From positions 10,336-74,335 of the forward strand of contig CALDDM010000005.1 in the NCBI GenBank assembly GCA_937936355.1: a stretch of 64,000 nucleotides of DNA. The letters run 5' to 3'. The notes beneath the pieces were generated by a model that saw only the letters and a program-made list of their open reading frames with translations, did no database searches and had not been told where the DNA came from. The DNA is from Minisyncoccota bacterium. GTDB lineage: Bacteria > Patescibacteriota > Minisyncoccia > Moranbacterales > GCA-2747515. The position numbers were made by a program, and so were the translations under genes. Of this stretch, positions 36,220-46,193 are shown in pieces; the first letter of the stretch is position 1; the number at the start of each line of letters is the position of its first letter.

Positions 36220-37479
36220 ATGAATACGAAACTTTCTCATTACTTTCCGCAGTGTACACATGACCCGACGCTGATCTATCTGGATACCGCTGCAACATCG
36301 CTCACACCCACAAATGTTCTGGTATCGATGGAAAGATATTATACGCAATATCGCAGTAACGTCTCTCGTGGTATTTACAGCAATGCCGAGACTGCGACCA
36401 AAGTGTATGAGGCTGTGCGCGAGAAGTGCCGTGCATTGATTGGTGCTCAAGATGTCCAAGAGATTATCTTTACAGCAGGTACAACGCACAGCATCAACAT
36501 GATTAGTAGTAGCATCTCTACACTGACTGATGATATAAATCGTGCGCACGGACCTCATATTGTTGTGACAGCAATGGATCATCATGCGAACTTTGTGCCT
36601 TGGCAACACGTTATTACACACTATCCAGAAGGTACTTTCTCTGTCATTGATCTTTCAGATGATTACACCCTCAATCTCACACATCTTACGGAGATACTGA
36701 CAGAGAAGACAACTATTCTGGCCCTACCCTACATCTCAAATGTATTGGGGACAATTAATCCAGTACGCGAAATAATTGCAATAGCACGTGATATCAACCC
36801 AGACATTATAATTGTTGTTGATGCAGCACAAGCTGCTGCTCATGTACCAATCGATGTTTTACAGCTTGATTGTGATTTCCTCGCTTTTAGTGGTCATAAA
36901 ATATACGGGCCTACTGGTACTGGTATACTGTGGGGTAAGCGCAAACACCTAGAGAAGGTAGAGCCATTTTTGTTTGGTGGTGAGATGATCGCAGAGGTTA
37001 CACATGAACAGACGATATACAAAGATCTTCCGCAGAGACTTGAAGCAGGTACTCCAAATATCGCTGGTGTGATTGGCATGGGTTCAGCGATTGACTTTAT
37101 TCAGTCTATAGGATTTAGTACAATTACTGATCATGAGAAAGAGCTCACAAAATATGCTTTAGAACAATTAAAATTGATAGATGATCTGACAATATATGGA
37201 CCTCAGGATGAAAAGATCCGTACAGGTGTTATAAGCTTTACCGTCGATAATATGCATCCACATGATATCGCAAGCATTCTAAGCACTGAGAAAAACATTG
37301 CTCTGCGCGCAGGCAATCACTGTGCCATGCCACTGCACATCCAACACATGGATGTCCCAGCTACCGCGCGCATAAGCATTGGACTGCACAATACGAGAGA
37401 AGACATTGATCATCTTGTGGATGGGCTCGAGATCGCACGAAAAATACTTTGCAAACCATCCAAAGGACAAAAAGTATGA
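36220..37479 (+). CDS. sufS: cysteine desulfurase SufS (class II aminotransferase V)
   Basis: 419 aa. PLP-lysine motif FSGHKIYGPTG, active-site RAGNHCAMPL and SUF context. Confidence 0.9.
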   Translation: MNTKLSHYFPQCTHDPTLIYLDTAATSLTPTNVLVSMERYYTQYRSNVSRGIYSNAETATKVYEAVREKCRALIGAQDVQEIIFTAGTTHSINMISSSISTLTDDINRAHGPHIVVTAMDHHANFVPWQHVITHYPEGTFSVIDLSDDYTLNLTHLTEILTEKTTILALPYISNVLGTINPVREIIAIARDINPDIIIVVDAAQAAAHVPIDVLQLDCDFLAFSGHKIYGPTGTGILWGKRKHLEKVEPFLFGGEMIAEVTHEQTIYKDLPQRLEAGTPNIAGVIGMGSAIDFIQSIGFSTITDHEKELTKYALEQLKLIDDLTIYGPQDEKIRTGVISFTVDNMHPHDIASILSTEKNIALRAGNHCAMPLHIQHMDVPATARISIGLHNTREDIDHLVDGLEIARKILCKPSKGQKV

Positions 37480-37856
37480 ACATCTATCAAGAAGAAATAC
37501 TCGCGCACTATCATGAGCCATCTAACAATGGCGAACTTAAAGACCCAACACATACGCACTGCGGATTCAATCCGACGTGTGGAGATAAGATCTGCATCGA
37601 TCTCATCATCGACCATGACACGATCACAGACATCTCCTTTCATGGACAAGGTTGCGCTATATCACAAGCCGCTGCATCTATGCTCACGGAACATGTAAAG
37701 GGAAAACCTGCCAACACTTTGAAAAACCTCACAAAAGATGATATTCTAGAAATACTCGGCGTAGAGCTAAGCATGAATCGCATGAAATGTGGCCTACTTG
37801 CGCTTGAAACAGCGCATCGAGCATACTATAAAAATATCGACGAATCTAAATCTTAA
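37476..37856 (+). CDS. sufU: SufU/IscU-type sulfur acceptor scaffold
   Basis: ATGA overlap with the sufS stop. Conserved Cys ligands are NPTCGD, GQGCAIS and KCGLLA. Confidence 0.85.
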   Translation: MNIYQEEILAHYHEPSNNGELKDPTHTHCGFNPTCGDKICIDLIIDHDTITDISFHGQGCAISQAAASMLTEHVKGKPANTLKNLTKDDILEILGVELSMNRMKCGLLALETAHRAYYKNIDESKS

Positions 37857-38126
37857 ATGAAAATCATGACTCAACTACTCGAAGAAGCAAACCCATCAGG
37901 ACCAGTACAAGTAAATGATATCGAAATCACGATTGATCGTGACGTGTGTATCGGAGCAAGTGCATGCATCCCCCCAGCAGACAAGACATTTACTTTGGAT
38001 GACGAAGGGAAAGCTATTGTCCAAGCAACAGCAAGTGAAGAAGATGAGGCAAACATCATCGATGCAGCTCGCGCATGTCCCGTACAAGCGATCAAGGTAA
38101 AGCGCGGTGAGGAACAAATCGTCTAA
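37857..38126 (+). CDS. small ferredoxin (single-cluster type)
   Basis: 89 aa. CIGASAC...ACPVQAI cysteine pattern. The start abuts the sufU stop. Confidence 0.7.
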   Translation: MKIMTQLLEEANPSGPVQVNDIEITIDRDVCIGASACIPPADKTFTLDDEGKAIVQATASEEDEANIIDAARACPVQAIKVKRGEEQIV

Positions 38127-38173
38127 CAGAGAACATCTCAGACAGTCCCAATGTTAGCCACCTCCCACATACT

Positions 38174-38497
38174 ATGGAACAAGACACCCTCCCGAAGCTG
38201 ACCAGAGACCCTTCACTCATACAAGCACTCAGTGTCATTAATGATCCAGAGATTCATGTTCCGATCACCGAGATGGGTTTGATTTATGGCGCTCATAAGA
38301 AAAACGCAACTGTTTTTATTACCATGACTCTCACAACAATTGGTTGCCCATTATTTGATGTCATCAAAAAGGATATTGAAACAGAACTTAAGAAGATTGA
38401 CGGCGTACGAGATATTTCTATCGACCTCACATTTGATCCGCCGTGGCACACAGGCATGATGAGTGAGGAGACGCAACTAGAACTTGGCCTGATGTAG
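38174..38497 (+). CDS. sufT: DUF59 (SufT/MIP18-like) Fe-S assembly protein
   Basis: 107 aa. VNDPEIHVPITEMGLIY and TLTTIGCPL are typical of DUF59. Confidence 0.75.
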   Translation: MEQDTLPKLTRDPSLIQALSVINDPEIHVPITEMGLIYGAHKKNATVFITMTLTTIGCPLFDVIKKDIETELKKIDGVRDISIDLTFDPPWHTGMMSEETQLELGLM

Positions 38498-38517
38498 CTC
38501 ACTATCTATAATGTGAC

Positions 38518-39147
38518 ATGACACAATTCATCATCTCTTTCTCAATATTGTATATATCACTCTACCTACCAGTCGCCTGGATGGCGTACTTTGTACCCTG
38601 GTATACATACAATACGACAGCACAAATATCATCTTACCTTGGCGCAGAAACAGTCACCGTAGCACATTACAACCTCACTAACTTTTTTCGACACGCAGAC
38701 AGTCTTCACGAAGACTTTTGGAGCAAAAAAGAAATTCTCCATATGTATGATGTGCGCATGATCTACGACTGCGCCTTTTTTATCTTTGTGGCCTGCATAG
38801 CCATCATTCTTTGTCTGACTTTCTGGAGTAATCATACTGACCCTCAAGCGCAGCGTGGAGGCATACGATCTATAAACCGCTCAGCACGATACAATCTTTT
38901 TCTTATACCACTCTTCTTCTTACTTATCCCCGTGTTTCCTTCTTTTTGGGCGCATATCTTTCACGATGTGCTCTTTACTAATGACCTTTGGCTTATGCTG
39001 CCGAGCGACCTCTCCTATCACCTCTTTCCACTGTCATTTTTTGTGAATAGCCTTCTCCTTCTCATCGTGACAGCATTTCTCATTAATATTGCCATCTTTG
39101 TCGTCACGAGAAGAATCATTTTTCAAAGAGCTAAGCCTGCGAGCTAG
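38518..39147 (+). CDS. integral membrane protein (possibly TIGR01906/DUF1461-like)
   Basis: Four TM helices. The EILHMYDVRMIYD segment resembles the HM-x-DV motif of that family. Weak assignment. Confidence 0.35.
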   Translation: MTQFIISFSILYISLYLPVAWMAYFVPWYTYNTTAQISSYLGAETVTVAHYNLTNFFRHADSLHEDFWSKKEILHMYDVRMIYDCAFFIFVACIAIILCLTFWSNHTDPQAQRGGIRSINRSARYNLFLIPLFFLLIPVFPSFWAHIFHDVLFTNDLWLMLPSDLSYHLFPLSFFVNSLLLLIVTAFLINIAIFVVTRRIIFQRAKPAS

Positions 39148-39281
39148 ATGAGAGACCAAAAAACTGCTCCCAGTACTTATTACTGAGAGCAGTCGCTTTC
39201 CACGATCACCAGCTGCTTCTGCTGAAGCCGCATCATATTTTTACCTAGAACTACTATTTTCCCTGCCTCCGCTTCTAGAGA

Positions 39282-39806
39282 CTACGAACTAATCGAAATT
39301 ATTTCTAGACTTGAAATAGTGATATTACCTCGATACAGCACATGCTGTGAATATGCGAAAAGAAAAGGATCTTCATTGCTTTCTTGATTCTCTTTCAAGT
39401 ATCTCCTCATTTGACACGACACTTCCCTCTCAAGATCACTCACTCTAAACGGAGAGAAATCCTGCGGTGTCGGTAATTTCATTTGTGGCTGCAACAGGCA
39501 CAGTGCAGATAAATCAAGACTCCTTACTGGAACCTGGAAATAGTCACCGCTAAGATTGAAGCCATACGCAGCAAATGTATCGACGAGAACGCGCGGATGA
39601 ATTGACGTCATAAAAATCACGTCACCCCACAGACAGTCAAGATAGGGTATTGTGACTAATTCTAACTCTTGCCTGCTTTCGTACTTCCTTCGCTGGACAT
39701 CATAAATCTCAGGGGCTTTTTCTCTTAATGTACTAAGCGGTAAGAGTTGGCTTCCGTATATTGGTTGTTGAGGTACTCTGTGGTATACACATATATTCAT
39801 GCACAT
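39282..39806 (-). CDS. hypothetical cytoplasmic protein
   Basis: 174-aa ORF with its own AT-rich upstream region. No motif recognised. Confidence 0.4.
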   Translation of the reverse strand: MCMNICVYHRVPQQPIYGSQLLPLSTLREKAPEIYDVQRRKYESRQELELVTIPYLDCLWGDVIFMTSIHPRVLVDTFAAYGFNLSGDYFQVPVRSLDLSALCLLQPQMKLPTPQDFSPFRVSDLEREVSCQMRRYLKENQESNEDPFLFAYSQHVLYRGNITISSLEIISISS

Positions 39807-39861
39807 CTCCCATTTCTGAATGAATATATTTTAGCATAAATTATGCTATCTGTAAATATAC

Positions 39862-39888
39862 AAAATCCACCTAAACTGGTGGATTTTT
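39862..39888. terminator. bidirectional terminator
   Basis: AAAATCCACC-taaact-GGTGGATTTTT. Confidence 0.65.
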
Positions 39889-39906
39889 ATACAGCGCTCT
39901 GCTTGC

Positions 39907-42324
39907 TTACTCAACATGCCATGCAATGCCTTCGTATACCCAGTTTGGATCGTTTTGCTGTACACTATTTCTCTCTGAGAGACTCGCCGTAAAGAAATGG
40001 CTACGATAAATTGGACTCCAGAATCGGTAGACTGCCTTCGTTCCAGGTGAGGCTTGTGGGTGGACGTACCATCCTATGCGCTCATATGACCAGTTTGGAT
40101 CATTTTGGATGAGCCGATCCCTCTCTGTGAGGGAGATAGTGTAGAAGTGACTGCGGTACGCTGCACTCCAGAATCGGTAGACTGGCACCAAGCCGCTTTT
40201 CTGTGTGACGCTGGCATCATAGACAACACCTTCGTATGTCCAGTTCGGATCATTTTGGATTAAACTATCCCTCTCTGTGAGGGAGATAGTGTAAAAGTGA
40301 CTACGATAGACTGGACTCCAGAAACGGTAGACTGGGTCGTCAAGCGTGATTGGTGCGCGCGTTGTCACGGAAAGTGGGAAAGCATTAGCCTCTGTGTCAA
40401 AATCACGCGTGTAGTCTGTAGACCGAAGGATTACAGATACCATATAATCCCCTACGGTTGTCAGAAAGAGATCGTGCGTAATCGTCGTAGTCTGACCCTG
40501 TGCCAAATTTATAGTCGTTGGATGCTCGCTTTGTGATACATAATTTCCATTTACATCATTGATGACATAGATTACACGAAAGGGATCGCTACCTGTGCCA
40601 GTGACATTTGTGATCCTTGTTGGGACAGCAACAACATTTCCCACATTTTGTGGACCTTCTGGCACAATGATTGTTGGGTCAATAATCTCTGGGTCTGTAT
40701 TGTACTGTGGAGGTAAGACAATGACTTGCTTAATAGTTGATGCACTGTAGCCCGTTGAAGACGTAACCGTCAATGTAACATTGTATGTGCCCGCTGCAGC
40801 GTAAGTATGCGTAGGATTGATGCTTGTTGCAGTGTTACCATCTCCGAAATCCCATGCGTATGTCAGTGATGCATTTCCCAAGATGGTTGAATTACTACCA
40901 TCAAACTCTATCGTTAACGCTGAGCCAAAAACGATTTGATCCACAATCACTGGGATCGGGTTTTGTGGTGAGTACACAATGCGCTTCAGTGCTCCTGGAA
41001 AAATATTAAGGTAATATACGAGTCCATCTGGACCAGTCACGAACTCAACAGGCAGGATTGATTCGTTTGCATCTTCTGTGGCAAGATTTGTCACACCAGA
41101 AGCGGCAATTGGTCCTGGTGCACTTGCATCAAAGTAATTGATCTCCTTGAAGATGTAATCACCAAAAACATACTTCCCAAGAATTGACGCTGGGTATCCA
41201 GGATCAGTTGCGAAAGCGCCGCCAGTCACTGCTCCCTGCCCATTGCTGTCATGTGCATAGACATAATACGGGCTTGCAAAGTCCGCCTGTTGCGCAGCAG
41301 TTAGAGGACATCCTGATAGATTCTCATAGCCGTTACTTGCAACTATCCCACCTTCATAGCAGGGCCAGCCAAAGTTATCGCCTGGCTCTATGCGATTGAC
41401 CTGTTCATATTGGTACCACCCCACATTGCCTCCAAATAGTGCATTTGTTCCTGGTTGAAAATTGAAACGATATGGATTGCGCATACCATAAGCATATACC
41501 TTTGACCGATTATCGTTTGCATTACCCGTAAAAAATGGATTGTCAGAGGGTCCTGTTCCATCGGTGTTTATGCGTAGAATTTTGCCACTCAAATGATCCA
41601 AGTCCTGCGCACGAAAAGCATGTGTGTCAGGAGCGAAGAATCCCGCTCCATCGCCTGTTGCGACGTATAATTTTCCGTCTGCACCAAATCGTATACCGCC
41701 GATCGAATGACTCCCAGAGTCTGACGCTATACAATCATCAACACCTGGATAATCAGCACATGATGGCTGCGATGGCGTCCCAGCAACCGAACCGAGAATG
41801 GTCAACTTGGAGCTCAGAGGCGCTATGTCTCCCGTAGCTGTCACACGCACAACGCGAGCGGTCTTCTTTGCGATATCGTAGCAATTAGGATCAAATGGGA
41901 CGGGTGATCCACTTGTACATGCAGGCAAGCTTGGGTCAAATGTGTAGCCGTTTGGCTGCGATGGATCAACTTCGTATGTATATGCGAGATATACGTAGCC
42001 ATTAGTGGCAAAAGCAGGATCAACAGCAATACCGATCAGCCCGCGATCCTCTGCTGCATTGACATCATCGAGCGTGATAAAAGGTGTCGGCAAAAGGGTG
42101 CCTGATGCATCGATGATGCGTACAACACCATCTTTTTCTGCAATCAGTGTACGACCGTCTGGCGTAAAGGCAACAGCAGTTGGAAAATTTAATCCCACTG
42201 CAACTGTCTCAATACCAAATCCTGCCGGTAATCCTGCTACAGCCTGTGTGGAGCTCGTACCAAAGACAAAACACAATACGAAAGCAAGAAAAAAGGAAAT
42301 ACTTTTTACGATATTCATAGTCAC
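39907..42324 (-). CDS. secreted PQQ-dependent sugar (glucose/sorbosone) dehydrogenase-like beta-propeller with PKD domain and triple C-terminal repeat
   Basis: Signal peptide. GSDH motifs RGLIGIAVDP, HSIGGIRFGADGKLY, GKILRIN and YAYGMRNPYRF...NFGWPCYEG. PKD motif YAWDFGDGNTATSINPTHTYAAAGTYNVTLTV. Confidence 0.8.
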   Translation of the reverse strand: MTMNIVKSISFFLAFVLCFVFGTSSTQAVAGLPAGFGIETVAVGLNFPTAVAFTPDGRTLIAEKDGVVRIIDASGTLLPTPFITLDDVNAAEDRGLIGIAVDPAFATNGYVYLAYTYEVDPSQPNGYTFDPSLPACTSGSPVPFDPNCYDIAKKTARVVRVTATGDIAPLSSKLTILGSVAGTPSQPSCADYPGVDDCIASDSGSHSIGGIRFGADGKLYVATGDGAGFFAPDTHAFRAQDLDHLSGKILRINTDGTGPSDNPFFTGNANDNRSKVYAYGMRNPYRFNFQPGTNALFGGNVGWYQYEQVNRIEPGDNFGWPCYEGGIVASNGYENLSGCPLTAAQQADFASPYYVYAHDSNGQGAVTGGAFATDPGYPASILGKYVFGDYIFKEINYFDASAPGPIAASGVTNLATEDANESILPVEFVTGPDGLVYYLNIFPGALKRIVYSPQNPIPVIVDQIVFGSALTIEFDGSNSTILGNASLTYAWDFGDGNTATSINPTHTYAAAGTYNVTLTVTSSTGYSASTIKQVIVLPPQYNTDPEIIDPTIIVPEGPQNVGNVVAVPTRITNVTGTGSDPFRVIYVINDVNGNYVSQSEHPTTINLAQGQTTTITHDLFLTTVGDYMVSVILRSTDYTRDFDTEANAFPLSVTTRAPITLDDPVYRFWSPVYRSHFYTISLTERDSLIQNDPNWTYEGVVYDASVTQKSGLVPVYRFWSAAYRSHFYTISLTERDRLIQNDPNWSYERIGWYVHPQASPGTKAVYRFWSPIYRSHFFTASLSERNSVQQNDPNWVYEGIAWHVE
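39910..40335 (-). repeat. three tandem copies of a domain of about 45-50 aa (VYRFWSxxYRSHFYTxSLxERxxxxQNDPNWxYEG)
   Basis: Copies 1 and 2 are near-identical at DNA level over about 65 nt (compare 40100-40165 with 40255-40320). The motif resembles the YRF-x-HFYT repeat class (DUF5648-like). Confidence 0.7.
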
Positions 42325-42365
42325 ATTATTAACTGGAAAAATATATAGTCTCTCATTTAATTATA

Positions 42366-43613
42366 CTACAGACTTTTCCACGTAGCACTCCGATCCACGT
42401 CTATAACGTGGAGCCATATCTGTCCTGGGACAAAGCGAATCTTCTCACCGTTTGTATGATAAAAATCGAATTGCGCTGAAGCACTCTTTTGCTTTTTCCA
42501 GCTTCCCTCGAAGGCCTCTCCATCCATGTAAAAGGTAGCAGGCCCGCCAAAGTTAGTATCAAACCATGGATCACCTAATGCAAAATTTGGATATGCTCCA
42601 GAAGCGCTATCTCTCTGCTGCGCATCAATACCGTCCCATGGATTTATAAGACCTCGCGCGAGGTAGCTACCGTTTGCATAAAACGTTCCTTTTTCAGCAC
42701 GAATAACGATGACATTTTTTGGTGCGACACGCTTGCGTATGTTTGCATCGTATTCTTCCCGACCCTCGAAAAACCGTTCATACGCATTACTTTCACGATC
42801 ATACTGATAACGGACACGGAAGCCTTGCTGCAGGTTGATTGATAAATCACCAGTCAATGGACGCTTCGCAAGTGGTGCATCGCCTTGATGCTCGTATCCG
42901 CCAAAATTATTGCTTGTACGATAACCAAGTGTTTTAGCCTGCTGCAATAAACCTACAGCACTTGAGAAAGCACGATCTTCACCTGCGAGTGGCACATCTC
43001 TTGTAGATCGCCGAAAGCATGACTGCGCATTACCACCCGGGTACACCTCTCCATTACAATCAATATGATCTACAACGCCTTTCTTAAGGAGGCTTTTGGA
43101 TGTGCTATCCCCTCCCCATGGTACGTAGATTGCATCAAATGCACTTGCAACGTTTACAAAATCAACCCGACCACTGCGCATCGGGCCCACAAACTGTGGT
43201 CGCTCACAGTCAAATACCCCCATTACGCGGGTTCCTCCATGCGTGTAGCGATGATCCATTTCTACAACAAAAGAAGCTGCAGTAATCCCTGCGAAGTATG
43301 GTCGTGTTTCCACGTCCCCTGAATACACAATTGCAAGTGATCGCTCACTGGCTTGGGCACACGGCTGCCCTGTAATGCGACTTGCATTCCCTGCTTTCAC
43401 ATAGACCTCCTCCACCTCCTCGTCTTCCTGAATGACTTCTTGCTTTTGCTCTGTAGGAGAAACAGAAGGTGCAGAGAGCAATTTCTCACCTGATGACTCC
43501 ACACCTACTTTAGGACGCGCATCTTGACCAAAAAAATAATAAACCCCCACAAAAGCACCTATAAGCAGGAGCGCTAGAAGAAGTCGGATAATCATACCTA
43601 GAGATATTTTCAT
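42366..43613 (-). CDS. DUF3048-like exported protein (YerB-like), paralog 1
   Basis: N-terminal TM/signal. The core LAIVYSGDVETRPYFAGITAASFVVEM...GGTRVMGVF fits the DUF3048 N-domain pattern. Clearly paralogous to the next gene. Confidence 0.5.
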   Translation of the reverse strand: MKISLGMIIRLLLALLLIGAFVGVYYFFGQDARPKVGVESSGEKLLSAPSVSPTEQKQEVIQEDEEVEEVYVKAGNASRITGQPCAQASERSLAIVYSGDVETRPYFAGITAASFVVEMDHRYTHGGTRVMGVFDCERPQFVGPMRSGRVDFVNVASAFDAIYVPWGGDSTSKSLLKKGVVDHIDCNGEVYPGGNAQSCFRRSTRDVPLAGEDRAFSSAVGLLQQAKTLGYRTSNNFGGYEHQGDAPLAKRPLTGDLSINLQQGFRVRYQYDRESNAYERFFEGREEYDANIRKRVAPKNVIVIRAEKGTFYANGSYLARGLINPWDGIDAQQRDSASGAYPNFALGDPWFDTNFGGPATFYMDGEAFEGSWKKQKSASAQFDFYHTNGEKIRFVPGQIWLHVIDVDRSATWKSL

Positions 43614-43646
43614 AGACTATAGTTTTCTACTAATTGAAGCTATTAT

Positions 43647-44891
43647 TTAGAGCCACCGAAATGTTCGTGATGGCTCAAGTACATGCATCCAAATCTGACC
43701 TGGTACAAATCGTATCTGCTCTCCAGAACCATTGTAAAATTCCAAAGGCGCACGTGGATCTTCGATTGCACGACGCCACGAACCAATGATTTCTTGACCA
43801 TCAACGTAAAAGTGCGCCCATCCACTATTGGACGTGTCAAACCATGCATCACCAAGTTCAAAATTTGCGTAACGACTATCCTCTTCAAAACGCACTGCTT
43901 CAGATAGGCCGGTCCATGGATCACGTAAACCTTCTGCGACATAGTCCCTCTGTGTAGTCAGTGGCTCGTAGGCTGCCTTGAGAACAATCACGTTGCGTGG
44001 AGCAACGCGTCGTCCTGTAATAACATCAAATTCAGGTTCCCCTGCAAAAAATCGTTCGTAACGATTAAATCGCTGATCGTATACGTAGGTCACATCAAAA
44101 CCTTCCTGATACTCAATCTCGAGCACGCCGTCAACAGGTCGTGAATCTCGTGGTCGGTCAGAGCTATGGAGAAAAATTTGCTCCCGTTGCAGTGTCGACG
44201 CATCACGCTCTAGTGTGTATCCTACATCTCTTGCCTGCCCCTGCAAACGCAGTGTGTTTGCAAAAGGTCGCGAGGATGTTGTCCCGTCTAAAGCCTCTAC
44301 ATCATCGCGTACAAAGCATGACTCATCAGAGCCAGCAGGCGCATACAGTCCCGCACAGTCGATATGGTTTTGCACGCCTTCCGTCAAGAGACTGCCAGTA
44401 ATCTGATCTCCTCCAGAAGGAACATAGATTGCATCAAATGAACGTGCAATACTCAGAAAATCTACTCGACCGGAACCAAGTGGACCTACGAGAAATGGTT
44501 TCTCACAATCAAAGACACCCATCAGCTGCGTTGCACCACTTGGGTAGCGGTGCGCCATCTCTACAACAAAGCTTGCATCTGTGATGCCAGCAGTTAGACT
44601 CCGTGAGCTTGGTAGGCCATCGTACATAATTGCGAGTGGTCGCACATTATAATCATCGCACGGCATACCGGTAATGCCGCTAGCTGTGGCCCCTGGTACA
44701 TATGGACGATTTGCAAGGAGGTCTGCATCATCATCAAAAAGCCCATCCGCATCTGATAGGTTAAGCGATGCTGCGCGGTTGTCTTGTAACCAAAAAATTG
44801 CACCCACCATCAGAAAAAGGCTGATCGCCAAGAGTGACAGTGAGATTGATCGAGGATTGTTTCGAAAAAATTGAATCACCATTGATTCCAT
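43647..44891 (-). CDS. DUF3048-like exported protein, paralog 2
   Basis: Collinear similarity to 42366-43613. For example FVVEMAHRY...LMGVFDCEKP...GSGRVDF...FDAIYVPSGGD, and the shared C-terminus IRFVPGQIWxHV. Confidence 0.5.
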   Translation of the reverse strand: MESMVIQFFRNNPRSISLSLLAISLFLMVGAIFWLQDNRAASLNLSDADGLFDDDADLLANRPYVPGATASGITGMPCDDYNVRPLAIMYDGLPSSRSLTAGITDASFVVEMAHRYPSGATQLMGVFDCEKPFLVGPLGSGRVDFLSIARSFDAIYVPSGGDQITGSLLTEGVQNHIDCAGLYAPAGSDESCFVRDDVEALDGTTSSRPFANTLRLQGQARDVGYTLERDASTLQREQIFLHSSDRPRDSRPVDGVLEIEYQEGFDVTYVYDQRFNRYERFFAGEPEFDVITGRRVAPRNVIVLKAAYEPLTTQRDYVAEGLRDPWTGLSEAVRFEEDSRYANFELGDAWFDTSNSGWAHFYVDGQEIIGSWRRAIEDPRAPLEFYNGSGEQIRFVPGQIWMHVLEPSRTFRWL

Positions 44892-44957
44892 AGTACCCTA
44901 TTTTATAGGCAAACCATATTTGTTTGAACTCCTTTTATTATACATTATAATAAGCTA

Positions 44958-46124
44958 ATGCAGAGCAAACACATCATACTCGTCGGTGGAGGGCATACAC
45001 ATGTCTTGACAGTGAACGCTTTGAAAAAAAATCTACCCCCTCATGTAACTGTTACTCTCATCGAGCCGCAAACAGAGGTTCCTTACACTGGCATGCTGCC
45101 TGGGCTCATTGCAGGCCATTACACATCACATGATATTTCTATAAATATGCGTGATCTCTGTGGCACAGACACGAAAATCACCCATATACAAGATCGCGTT
45201 GTTGCAGTGCGCCCACACGAAAATAGCATCGTACTTGCCTCTGGGCAGTCACTTCGCTATGATGCCGCATCGTTTGATATCGGCATCCACACAGAAGCAT
45301 CATCCATCAAAGGATTTACTGATCATGCTACACCAGTCAAGCCACTTGGAGAATTTGCAAGAACGTGGCAGCAATATGTTGCGCGTAGCAATGAGTCTGT
45401 CGGCACAAAAAATCATTATATAGCAATTATCGGTGGTGGGCTCGCAGGTGTCGAAACTGCCCTTGCTATGGCACATAGAATTCATACCCCTCCACTCGCG
45501 TCGCACGACCCACATACAGATTCATCACACATCACTCTTATCGATCAAGGGAGGATTCTCTCCACACTCGGTCAAAGAGCACGAAAATTTCTCCTGGAGG
45601 AACTGCAACGCTACAACATCCACATATATGAAAATGTTGCGGTTTCACAAATCACCCGCACACATGTACACCTTGAGACGAATAAAAAAATTCCTGCTCA
45701 TTTCGTCCTCGGAGCAACAGGGGCTCAGCCATACACATGGCTCAGAGAAACCAACATACCTCTTGAGGAAGGTTTTATCAGTGTAAATGAACACCTCCAG
45801 AGTACGGGCTTTGAAAATATTTTTGCCACAGGTGATTGCACCTCTTTTATCGCGAAACCCCTTCCAAAGGCAGGTGTTTATGCAGTGCGTCAAGCACCAA
45901 CCCTTACACATAACCTCCTTTGCACGCTACAGCAAAAGCCATTGAAAATCTTCACACCACAAAAGCACTACCTCAAACTCATCTCCCTCGGAGAAAAAAG
46001 AGCGTGCGCAGATAAGTGGGGACTCTGTGTTCATGGAAAACCTTTGTGGTTCCTTAAAGACTTTATTGATCGGCAATTTGTCTCGCAGTTCACCGATCAA
46101 AAACAGGATCAAAAAAACCTCTGA
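44958..46124 (+). CDS. FAD-dependent pyridine nucleotide-disulfide oxidoreductase (NDH-2/SQR-like)
   Basis: ILVGGGHTH and IIGGGLAGVE dinucleotide folds and a GDC motif near the C-terminus. Substrate unknown. Confidence 0.65.
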   Translation: MQSKHIILVGGGHTHVLTVNALKKNLPPHVTVTLIEPQTEVPYTGMLPGLIAGHYTSHDISINMRDLCGTDTKITHIQDRVVAVRPHENSIVLASGQSLRYDAASFDIGIHTEASSIKGFTDHATPVKPLGEFARTWQQYVARSNESVGTKNHYIAIIGGGLAGVETALAMAHRIHTPPLASHDPHTDSSHITLIDQGRILSTLGQRARKFLLEELQRYNIHIYENVAVSQITRTHVHLETNKKIPAHFVLGATGAQPYTWLRETNIPLEEGFISVNEHLQSTGFENIFATGDCTSFIAKPLPKAGVYAVRQAPTLTHNLLCTLQQKPLKIFTPQKHYLKLISLGEKRACADKWGLCVHGKPLWFLKDFIDRQFVSQFTDQKQDQKNL

Positions 46125-46145
46125 TCACATCTCAGAGGTTTTTTC
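46111..46145. terminator. bidirectional terminator
   Basis: A7-CCTCTGA-tcacatc-TCAGAGG-T7. The stop codon of the upstream gene lies in the left arm. Confidence 0.7.
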
Positions 46146-46193
46146 TTCTTAAACATGGCAATTCCCAATCTTGTATACGACTACACGTGGCAT

